Source: Bacteroidota bacterium
Lineage (GTDB): Bacteria > Bacteroidota > Bacteroidia > Bacteroidales > JAAUTT01
Length of the DNA stretch: 64,000 nucleotides
Direction: 5' to 3'
NCBI GenBank assembly: GCA_020048915.1
Contig: JAIFLU010000223.1
Location: 8,067-72,066, forward strand
The notes below the pieces were generated by a model that made no database searches, was not told the origin of the DNA, and worked only from the letters and a program-made list of their open reading frames with translations. Positions 19,421 to 27,343 of the stretch are shown one piece after another. A program made the position numbers and the translations under genes. The stretch's first letter is position 1. Every line of letters begins with the position of its first letter.

Positions 19421-19463
19421 TTACACGGAGGTTCACGGAGAATTTCACAGAGAGCCACAGAGT
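19421..19463. repeat. Four phased CAC(G/A)GAG heptads
   Basis: CACGGAG at 19424 and 19434, CACAGAG at 19446 and 19456, giving 10-12 bp spacing. A related ACGGAGGG...CCCTCCGT pair occurs at 34582-34628. Confidence 0.6.
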
Positions 19464-19471
19464 AAATACAA

Positions 19472-20785
19472 TTACTTTGGAGTTACATAATTATCTTTAG
19501 CTCGCATAAATATCATTCCGATGCGGGTGGGCGATTTTTTCAAATTCTCAACAACCTCTTCAAAGGGCTGATCCATAATTTCGTGAATAGCAGGCAAACT
19601 GTTGGCGTGGCGGAAAATAATATTCCCCCATTCGTCCTTTACAATGATCCCCATATGTGCAGAAATTACACCCGGAATAGTTGTTACAATTGATACAATC
19701 TCCCCTCCTTTTAAATTATCCTTTATTTTTAACAAATCTTCGCGGGGAATATAGTAAGCCGTATCATTTTGAACAGGTATTGAATCTTTTAATTGTTCCA
19801 GACTAATGCCGTTTTTTAAATAAAATGCTTGTCGGTCAATTAACTTGGATATTTTTTGGGTGTAATTGCCCCCTATTTCTTTTGTAGCATCTTCTAATAA
19901 CCAATCGTTATTAGGTAACCATTCGCTTATGGTATAATGGTTTCGGGACACATACCTCACCAGTCCGTTTTTGTACCGGATCTTCTGTAAATTGTCGTAC
20001 ATCAGATTGTATTCGCACGAAATAGACAAGGCAAGTACATGTTCACAAAACGTCATACAATCCATCCGGGCAAAATCAATCACCGGATCGGGATCTGGAA
20101 ATTGGCTTGCGCCTTCGCCCAGATTATCAATCAGGTAAGGTGTACCCTTACATTTTTCGGAATAAAATTGGATACGCTGGCTCATTGTCTCTAGCTTATC
20201 TCCTTCTATCATGAGCTTGTTAAAATCGCGCGCTATCATTTCATGGGTTCCTTTTTCGGGCGAATTTCCATATTCCTGTGAAAAGTGCAACCGCGTTACC
20301 TTATCCATTATTCCACGCACCACAAACACATCTGCAATTAAACAGTCCGGGGTAGTTGATGTTCCGGTAGAATCATCCTGGTAAAAAGATGATTCTCCGA
20401 TATAAATTTGAACGGATGAACTATTTTGATCTGTTATAACGCCATGCGCTAAAAAATAGCCATCGTGAAAAGTCCCGTCGCTGAGCTTTACTCCAACAAA
20501 CTGCGGGATAAACACTATACTCCCCAATAATATCTGACATGGATCCACTGCTACTGTTCTGTAAGGAATCTTTTTATAGTTTAAGTAATTACTCACTGAA
20601 GTGGTATCGGTTGCTTCAATGGCACATGTGCCTTTAAGCAGGTATTCGGAGTTTTTATTGAATAATTGATTGTATTCCTGACTGTAACCAGCGAATACAT
20701 GTATTAGTATCGTAAAATAAAAAATACATTTTTGAGTAGAAAACATCTTCATTTGCAGAATATTAAAGTATCCATCCGGACACAA
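19472..20785 (-). CDS. DUF1460 (N-acetylmuramoyl-L-alanine amidase-like) protein with N-terminal 3D-like domain
   Basis: The C-terminal two thirds (FARMDCMTFCEHVLAL...NHYTISEWLPNN...ISAHMGIIV) resemble DUF1460/Amidase_6. The N-terminal VAVDPCQILLGSIVFIP... resembles a 3D (MltA/RlpA-like) domain. The likely true start is MKMFSTQ at 20752, which gives a signal peptide. Confidence 0.6.
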   Translation of the reverse strand: MCPDGYFNILQMKMFSTQKCIFYFTILIHVFAGYSQEYNQLFNKNSEYLLKGTCAIEATDTTSVSNYLNYKKIPYRTVAVDPCQILLGSIVFIPQFVGVKLSDGTFHDGYFLAHGVITDQNSSSVQIYIGESSFYQDDSTGTSTTPDCLIADVFVVRGIMDKVTRLHFSQEYGNSPEKGTHEMIARDFNKLMIEGDKLETMSQRIQFYSEKCKGTPYLIDNLGEGASQFPDPDPVIDFARMDCMTFCEHVLALSISCEYNLMYDNLQKIRYKNGLVRYVSRNHYTISEWLPNNDWLLEDATKEIGGNYTQKISKLIDRQAFYLKNGISLEQLKDSIPVQNDTAYYIPREDLLKIKDNLKGGEIVSIVTTIPGVISAHMGIIVKDEWGNIIFRHANSLPAIHEIMDQPFEEVVENLKKSPTRIGMIFMRAKDNYVTPK

Positions 20786-20800
20786 TTAGTACACGTTAAC

Positions 20801-20922
20801 CAATGTCGTTTAGTTAAGGATATTCGACCCCGGCTGGGGTCGCCTGTTTGTAGAAAAATTATACATTCTATAAACATCTGACCCCGGCTGGGGTCAAACA
20901 TCGATTCTTAACTAAACGACAT
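20801..20922. repeat. ~120-bp long imperfect palindrome (MITE/REP-like element)
   Basis: The termini are CAATGTCGTTTAGTTAAGGA and TCTTAACTAAACGACAT. It contains two copies of the perfect 16-bp palindrome GACCCCGGCTGGGGTC (20826-20841, 20880-20895). Each is flanked by a CTACAAACAGG-type unit, and the two units are in opposite orientation. Confidence 0.75.
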
Positions 20923-20939
20923 AGATACTTTAACCACTA

Positions 20940-23900
20940 TTAATTAATAGCTTCCGTTGCCTTATCCACCAAATACATGATCGATTTGTACGAAACACCG
21001 CTATGCTGAGTTAACCCAATTTCGCAGGTACGACTATTGCTATAGCCCCCTTCCAATCCTTCGGGGAGTTCTTCTTTCAGGTATTTTAAGGCGCTTTTAT
21101 TTAACTCGGGTAGATTAAACCCTTTGTCACCCGCCCAACCGCAACATGAAGTTTTTTCAGGTTTCACCACTTTTATGGCACACATGTCTGCAAGTAATAC
21201 CAGTTGGTTCTCCAGTCCCATTTTGGTAGTACTGCATGTACTGTGTACCGTAACCGAAATAGGTAATTTTTTAAAGACGAGGCGTTCTGCCAGGTAAGTA
21301 AGCGTAAATTCTACCGGTTCATATAACTTCAACCGTTTATCCATAAGCTCTTTCATGCGCAACAAGCATGGGCTCATATCGCAAAGAACAGGAATTGCAC
21401 CATTTTCGGAGGCTTTCAATAACGCTGCTTCCAATTCCTTCAATTTATTATACCCTTGTTCTTTAAACCCTTTACTATCGAAAGCCATTCCACAACAAAG
21501 ATTATACAATGCGTTGGGATAAATTATGTCATACCCGGCTTTTCGGATAACCGCTTCGGTTTTTTCAATTATCGCAACTTTCTCATCATAATCCTTCGAA
21601 ATGCCAAACATTCGGTTTATACAGGCTGGGAAGTAAACGACCTTTCCCCTTTCCCTCCTCCCTTGCTCTTCTCCCTGGGGAAGAAGAGAGGAGCTTTGCT
21701 TTAATAAAGAAGCATCTCCATTGGTTTTGGTTCCTTTTTGCTCCTCTATCTTTGGCTTGATAGACAAATGGTTTTCTTGCTTCAGATCAGGTTGCTCCTC
21801 ATCTGATTGTATTTGAACAGGCTCAACTTGCTGAGATATTATTAACGAAGGCTGGAGCCTTTGCTGAACCTCAACTTTCTGCCGGACTTTAGGTGCGGCC
21901 TGGGGCATAAATTCGTTCCAGAGCGGAATAGCACGGTTACTGGCTTTATGCAGAAATGTTCCAATGCCTTTCATTACCGAAACCGGAAGGATTTTTTGAA
22001 CAATATAAACAATGCTTAATGCAAACCGGACTATTGAAACCGCTTTCCCAAAATTATTTGCAATGAAGGAGGCTACAGTTAAGGAAAACTTACTTTTCTT
22101 TTCGTACCGGAGTTCCTTCATCAGCTTCCCGGTATTAATTCCTACCGGACAGTCGAGGGCGCATAAGCCGTCAGTAGCGCACGATTCTTCGCCATGATAG
22201 GCATATTCATTTGCAAGTTCTTTCAACTCCCTGCTTTGCCCTTCCTTTCCCAATCGGGTTATTTCGCGAAAAGCAACAATCCGCTGTCGTGGAGTAAGGG
22301 TAAATTCGCGCGAGGGACAATTCCGCTCGCAAAAGCCACATTCGATACAATCGTCGACAATTGGATTGGTTAACGGAAATGGCTTTATGTTTTTAGCAAA
22401 CACTTCCGGGTCGTTATTTATTAAAACCCCCGGATTCAATAAATTGGAAGGATCGAAAGCAGCTTTAATCTGCTTCATGATTTTATATATTTCGTCTCCC
22501 CATTCGTATTGAACAAACGGAGCCATATTTCTTCCGGTTCCATGCTCGGCTTTCAGGCTGCCATTGTATTTCTTTACGACGAGCTCGGCAAGTTCATGCA
22601 TAAACATTTTATAGTTATCCATTTGCCTGCTCTCCTGAAAATCGGGAGAAATAAGAAAATGAATATTGCCATCGAGTAAGTGCCCCCAAATTACAGCGTT
22701 GTCATAATCGTACCGAAATAACAAATCTTGCAGGTCGGTTAAGGCATCTCCCAACACCTCTCCTGCAAATGCAATGTCTTCGATAATACAGGCTGTTCCT
22801 TTTGGTCGGGCGGCCGCTGCCGAAGTAAACAATCCTTTTCGAACCTTCCAGATCGACTGAAACTCTTTTGGATCGCGTGTAAATGATATAGGAAATAAGG
22901 TAGGAATGTGATTCAGCTTTTCCTTTATTTCCTCCATTTGGGCGAGGAGTAATTCCTCCGAAGGAGCCGATGTTTCTATTAAAAGGGCGGCCACAGTTTT
23001 ACCCAGTTCTTTGATTTGCGCGGGCATTCCCGCATTGTTTTCAACCGACCGCAATGCCTTTCTATCCATAAGCTCAGCCGCGCTAACCTTACATTGCCTA
23101 AGCGGCATGATGGCAGTTGTAGCCTCCCGGATATCATGATAATATAAAAGTGCACATGCTTTTAACGGATGGTCTTCTACCGTTTCAAAGGTAACTTCGG
23201 AAATAAAACCCAAGGTGCCTTCCGAACCTATCATCAGGTGAGAAATAATGTCAATGGGATCTTTAAAATCGACAAGCGAGTTAACGCCATATCCACAGGT
23301 ATTTTTTAACTGGAATTTTGAGTTTATTTTCTGGGCAAGCCCGTCATCCGAAATGATATAGTTTCGAAGGTCGGTTAATTTTTTTATCAGCGATTGGTGC
23401 GTTTCAACAAAACGCTTGCGACTATCGGCATTGGAAGTATCCAGCAAAGTACCGTCCCGAAAAATAATTCGCATTGCTTTAACTGTATTGTAGCTATTGG
23501 TAGCAATTCCATAGCTGGCACCACTGGCGTTATTGGCAACAATTCCCCCAATTTTTGCCGAATTGATAGAGGCAGGACTCGGGCCAATTTTGCGGTTATA
23601 TCGTGCCAAAAGTGAATTGGCATACGATCCGCTAATACCAGGCTGAAAGGAAGCGATTTTCCCCTGATCGCGAATAGAAAACTTCGTAAATCCAGGACCA
23701 ATTTCGACCAGTACTGAATCGGTAATGGTTTGTCCGCTTAAGCTGGTGCCTCCTGCTTTAAATGTAACTGGAACGGATAATTTAGAACATTCGTCCAATA
23801 CCGCTTGAACCTCGGTTTCGTTGTTCACCTGAACCACCAATTCGGGAATTAACCGGTAGAAACTGGCATCGGTTCCTTTAGCGAGAAGATAAAGCGGAGA

Positions 23901-23972
23901 AGAATATATCGCAGAAGCATAGCCTTCCTGCTTCAATTTTAATTCAAGATTTCTATATTTATCTAATTTCAT
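20940..23972 (-). CDS. FAD-binding plus 4Fe-4S plus CCG-domain oxidoreductase (YdiJ / Dld-II-like D-2-hydroxyacid dehydrogenase)
   Basis: 1010 aa. N-terminal FAD_binding_4/FAD-oxidase pattern (VTFKAGGTSLSGQ, GGIVANNASG, EGTLGFISEVTF, AEHGTGR). A ferredoxin-type CxxCxxC..CP motif (CIECGFCERNCP, CATDGLCALDCP). C-terminal cysteine-rich CCG-type repeats (FPACINR..., CCGMAF; HSTCS..., SCCGWAGD). A low-complexity Q/E/K linker covers aa ~695-777 (nt 21642-21890). Confidence 0.75.
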   Translation of the reverse strand: MKLDKYRNLELKLKQEGYASAIYSSPLYLLAKGTDASFYRLIPELVVQVNNETEVQAVLDECSKLSVPVTFKAGGTSLSGQTITDSVLVEIGPGFTKFSIRDQGKIASFQPGISGSYANSLLARYNRKIGPSPASINSAKIGGIVANNASGASYGIATNSYNTVKAMRIIFRDGTLLDTSNADSRKRFVETHQSLIKKLTDLRNYIISDDGLAQKINSKFQLKNTCGYGVNSLVDFKDPIDIISHLMIGSEGTLGFISEVTFETVEDHPLKACALLYYHDIREATTAIMPLRQCKVSAAELMDRKALRSVENNAGMPAQIKELGKTVAALLIETSAPSEELLLAQMEEIKEKLNHIPTLFPISFTRDPKEFQSIWKVRKGLFTSAAAARPKGTACIIEDIAFAGEVLGDALTDLQDLLFRYDYDNAVIWGHLLDGNIHFLISPDFQESRQMDNYKMFMHELAELVVKKYNGSLKAEHGTGRNMAPFVQYEWGDEIYKIMKQIKAAFDPSNLLNPGVLINNDPEVFAKNIKPFPLTNPIVDDCIECGFCERNCPSREFTLTPRQRIVAFREITRLGKEGQSRELKELANEYAYHGEESCATDGLCALDCPVGINTGKLMKELRYEKKSKFSLTVASFIANNFGKAVSIVRFALSIVYIVQKILPVSVMKGIGTFLHKASNRAIPLWNEFMPQAAPKVRQKVEVQQRLQPSLIISQQVEPVQIQSDEEQPDLKQENHLSIKPKIEEQKGTKTNGDASLLKQSSSLLPQGEEQGRRERGKVVYFPACINRMFGISKDYDEKVAIIEKTEAVIRKAGYDIIYPNALYNLCCGMAFDSKGFKEQGYNKLKELEAALLKASENGAIPVLCDMSPCLLRMKELMDKRLKLYEPVEFTLTYLAERLVFKKLPISVTVHSTCSTTKMGLENQLVLLADMCAIKVVKPEKTSCCGWAGDKGFNLPELNKSALKYLKEELPEGLEGGYSNSRTCEIGLTQHSGVSYKSIMYLVDKATEAIN

Positions 23973-24037
23973 ACGTTATAGCGGTATTTTTCATGACACA
24001 GTGAGTTTCAGGAAAAATAAAATTTGTTATCCTTAAT

Positions 24038-24107
24038 CAATGTTGCGGACTTAAGTTTATTAGTTTGACTCCCCCGGAGTCGACAAAACCTTAAGTCAAC
24101 TACAATG
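24038..24107. repeat. Degenerate copy of the inverted-repeat element with a central GC hairpin
   Basis: CAATGTTGCGGACTTAAG (24038-24055) pairs imperfectly with CTTAAGTCAACTACAATG (24090-24107). They flank the palindrome GACTCCCCCGGAGTC (24067-24081). Confidence 0.45.
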
Positions 24108-24435
24108 TATCCAAAATTATTACTTTTCACTAAGAGCTTATCAAACAATCGTTAAAAAATATGTATTCGGAGCTGGAAACATTGTATTCAATTAAAATCA
24201 TTATTCCTTTTAACCTGCTTAAATTTAGTAAGTTTTTATTAGGATTTAAAACCCGGTGAATAACAAAAAATGAAGATGTTTCAACTTTCAAAGTTATCAA
24301 ATTATGCTACGAATAACACAACGCGATACCTCTCCAACTGAAACACTTCATCTTTTCTAACTAACTACCTAACCTAAACCAAATTTCAATCTTGAGTCTA
24401 CTAATAAAAGCCAAAAATTCAACGATTCTCATATG

Positions 24436-24520
24436 TTTTACCCCTAACCCTCCATAGAATCATCTGAAAATTATTGAATTTCAAAGTCTCCCAATTGGGG
24501 GGGGGGATTAGGGGGTAAAA
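24436..24520. repeat. Imperfect inverted repeat containing a G10 tract
   Basis: TTTTACCCCTAACCCTCC (24436-24453) pairs with GGGGGGGGGGATTAGGGGGTAAAA (24497-24520). It lies just 3' of the last gene of the SusCD operon (stop at 24554, minus strand). Confidence 0.5.
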
Positions 24521-24553
24521 GACTTTTTGGAGCAAACTCTTTTTTACAAATTT

Positions 24554-25393
24554 TTAAAGCGCTACAAACGAAAATACCGAAGCATTGGGCTTGGCAGATC
24601 GCATTCCGGCCAACGTGTGGTGATATCGCCGGCCAATACCCTGGAGCTTTGCGGCTTCCGAATAACTTACATATTTACTGCTTGCGTTCATAACCTGTAA
24701 GTCTCCGGCAATAGTTCCGTCGGCATTCACCAATTTTATTTTGTAAGTTACATTATTGGTTCCTTGGGTATTAAATTCACTCGGCTTTTTAATTACCTTA
24801 ATCCGCTGCCAACCGGTAGTCTCACCAAACGAAACAGGTTGTCCAACATTTACCATTTCTCCGGTACGGAGATCCTGATACTGATACTGCAATTTGAGTG
24901 AACAAGGCACACCGTCTGTTTCGTAGAGGAAATGATAAAATTTCACATAACAGGCGGAATCAGTATCCGTTGTAATATTCGATTCGTATGGATAACCATT
25001 GTCAAATACAACAGGCTGCTGGTTGAAATCGTGAACAAAAATGTTCTGCTTACCTGCCGCCAGGGTAGTATTTTGATCGTACACCAATGTTGAATCGGTT
25101 CCCTTGTATAATTTAATATTTACATCGCCGGGGTTAGCAGTGAAAAAAGTACCAGCCACCGGAACAGCGCTGTAATTTGATAAAGGTGCTGTTTTGTTTG
25201 AATACAACACGTCATTAATTTTAATTTTATAAATATAGTTGGCCGCATTCGATGTAACAGGAACAACATAATGAATCTGGAATTCTGCTATATCGCTGAC
25301 ACTGGTAGAACCTTTGTAAACGATTTCGTTTTTTTCGCAGGATACTATAAGCGCTACTGCAAAAAATAAACTGATATATTTAACTATTTTCAT
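24554..25393 (-). CDS. Surface lipoprotein of unknown function in the SusE/F-like position
   Basis: The track ORF extends to 25489 and overlaps susD. The start MKIVKYISLFFAVALIVSC at 25393 gives a clean lipobox (LIVSC). The sequence is beta-rich and lies immediately downstream of the SusD-like gene. I do not recognise the family with any confidence. Confidence 0.6.
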   Translation of the reverse strand: MKIVKYISLFFAVALIVSCEKNEIVYKGSTSVSDIAEFQIHYVVPVTSNAANYIYKIKINDVLYSNKTAPLSNYSAVPVAGTFFTANPGDVNIKLYKGTDSTLVYDQNTTLAAGKQNIFVHDFNQQPVVFDNGYPYESNITTDTDSACYVKFYHFLYETDGVPCSLKLQYQYQDLRTGEMVNVGQPVSFGETTGWQRIKVIKKPSEFNTQGTNNVTYKIKLVNADGTIAGDLQVMNASSKYVSYSEAAKLQGIGRRYHHTLAGMRSAKPNASVFSFVAL

Positions 25394-25437
25394 ATACATT
25401 ATTTTTTTATTTGTACTTCTCTGTTTAAACTTAAACA

Positions 25438-27318
25438 CTATTTTGAAGTGGGGAGATCGCCCGGATAAGCAAACCAGGGAATAGAACAATGGTAATTATC
25501 AGCCGTTCCCGATATTGGAAGCAATGTTGATAAGGAGGCTAAATTCCACATATATTCCGAATTATATCGGGGACGTAAACGATAACAGGGCGATCCCTCG
25601 TTTTTGACATTATAGCTCCCTTTCCGGTATTCAACCTGAGCAGGCGCTAAATAAAATCCTTTGTAAACCTTAGTTTCATCCGTATCCAGCTTTTGGTCAA
25701 CCATCGATAGGTTCCATCCGTTACCCGAATTAGGGTAGTTGCCCGAATATTTGATGTCGTAATGATATTTACGCATATCGACCCAAGCTTCCTGGGCTCC
25801 CCATGGGTAAAGAGCAACCCATTTTTGCATCATAATGTGCGAGAGCGAAAAGTCGGCCACCGAAAGCCCATCTACATAAGGCCCTGCTGTATATTGGGTT
25901 GCCAAAGTTGTAAATAAACTCTTGGTAATCTTATCTCCTCCGGTGGGGGTCTTGTTAGTGTTTTCCACAATATATTTGGCAGTAAATTCGATATCGGCTT
26001 TCACCCCTTCTTTAAATGCTGCTAAGGCATTGTCCTTTTGTCCCATTTTCCAGTATGCCTCCGCTAAACAGAATTTTAATTCAGCATAAGTCATCAGGAT
26101 ATATGGGGCATTGTCGCGGTAAAGCCAGCGCCCCATGCCATCGTGGGTAGCTCCAGCATAGGTGGAAGCAGTTTTACGGCCGTAGAAGGATGGGGCAGCA
26201 CCAACAGGCCCATTTGGGCTGGTGAATGAACCGCCATAGTATTTACGGGCTTTAACACTGTCGGCATTGTTTACATACAGGTAATTCGGGTCATCTACAG
26301 TTCCCAGTTTAACGGCTACCCGTGGATCGTAATGTCCGGGGGTATGTACGGCGGTGTCGCAAACAATTTGTTTATCAGCTAATTCCCAAGGATAGTATGC
26401 ATTGCCAGCTACATCCAATCGTTGTCCGGAAGCTTCATCGTATTTAGGGACTGAACCGGTGAAAACCTGCACAGCATAATCATGCTGGAAGTAATTATAT
26501 GTTAAAACCAGTCTGTTTGTACCCCAAAAGTTGTTGTACGCCGCAAATGCTGCTTTATCTGAACCTCCGGCTACTGTAATAGTTGCATCGTCGCTTACTG
26601 ACGCAAATGAATTATTCGCACAAAAAACAAGCGAATCGGCATAATCACTAACGAAATTACTTTTATTAGATAATGAAGCAAAATTACGGACAAGCACACC
26701 GTAGGCAAACTTTTTCCACTTATCCTTATCGCCCGAATAGATATAATCGTTGCTGCTGATTTTGGAACCGTAGCTTGTTTTGTCTTCCATTTCAAGATAT
26801 TTAATGGCTGTATAAGCCCAGGCACGCACCTGTGGGTAGATATCTTTCTGATAATCGTAATCGTGCGATAAAAGTCCGGCCACATACGCATCTTTCATCG
26901 GAAGGTCGCCATGTTCTTTGGTTAATTGGTCCCACGAAAATGCTTTTATAGCATAACCAATACCGGCTAATGTCCAGTTTTCGGCCTTAAGCGACTGGTT
27001 AATGAGGTTTTCTAAGTTCATTCCCTGGTTCCAATAAGACATTCGCCATAATTCACCACCGTTATCGCTTCCTGCACTGTAATAATTGGCAGCAAAAACG
27101 GAAAAGTTTGTGGTTCCCATCATCTGAGTAAGGGGTGCCGTTGCGCGTACATCGTAATACATCCCCTGATAGGCCTGTATTATTCCGGGTAAGTATAAAT
27201 AACCTTCGATATAGTCGGGAGAATCTTCATTTTTATTGACATCGAGATAGTCGTCGCAACTCATGGTTGTAAATAGCAGCGACGCTATTGTTATAGCAGA
27301 AATGAATATTTTTTTCAT
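25438..27318 (-). CDS. SusD/RagB-family nutrient-binding outer-membrane lipoprotein
   Basis: Lipobox (LLFTTMSCDDYLDVN), a typical SusD N-terminus. TPR-like helical composition (ELKFCLAEAYWKMG). It starts 25 bp downstream of the SusC gene. Confidence 0.85.
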   Translation of the reverse strand: MKKIFISAITIASLLFTTMSCDDYLDVNKNEDSPDYIEGYLYLPGIIQAYQGMYYDVRATAPLTQMMGTTNFSVFAANYYSAGSDNGGELWRMSYWNQGMNLENLINQSLKAENWTLAGIGYAIKAFSWDQLTKEHGDLPMKDAYVAGLLSHDYDYQKDIYPQVRAWAYTAIKYLEMEDKTSYGSKISSNDYIYSGDKDKWKKFAYGVLVRNFASLSNKSNFVSDYADSLVFCANNSFASVSDDATITVAGGSDKAAFAAYNNFWGTNRLVLTYNYFQHDYAVQVFTGSVPKYDEASGQRLDVAGNAYYPWELADKQIVCDTAVHTPGHYDPRVAVKLGTVDDPNYLYVNNADSVKARKYYGGSFTSPNGPVGAAPSFYGRKTASTYAGATHDGMGRWLYRDNAPYILMTYAELKFCLAEAYWKMGQKDNALAAFKEGVKADIEFTAKYIVENTNKTPTGGDKITKSLFTTLATQYTAGPYVDGLSVADFSLSHIMMQKWVALYPWGAQEAWVDMRKYHYDIKYSGNYPNSGNGWNLSMVDQKLDTDETKVYKGFYLAPAQVEYRKGSYNVKNEGSPCYRLRPRYNSEYMWNLASLSTLLPISGTADNYHCSIPWFAYPGDLPTSK

Positions 27319-27343
27319 GATATTTTCCTATTAAATTGTTTTA

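Noticed and set aside
19421-19463. Possible CRISPR or other spaced-repeat array.
   Set aside because: The repeats are only 7 nt long with 3-5 nt spacers and only four copies, and no cas genes are present. This is not a CRISPR array. No CRISPR-like array was seen elsewhere in the window.
21642-21890. The low-complexity Q/E/K-rich segment of the FAD/Fe-S dehydrogenase as a possible foreign insertion or separate gene. The antisense ORF 21456-21704 partly overlaps it.
   Set aside because: The segment is in frame and flanked by the expected Fe-S and CCG domains, with no repeat or inverted-repeat boundaries. It is most simply a flexible interdomain linker.
25394-25489. N-terminal extension of the post-SusD lipoprotein ORF that overlaps the susD 3' end by 52 bp.
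   Set aside because: The extension (MFYSLVCLSGRSPHFKIV...) is not signal-peptide-like. The internal start at 25393 yields a textbook lipoprotein signal (…ALIVSC).
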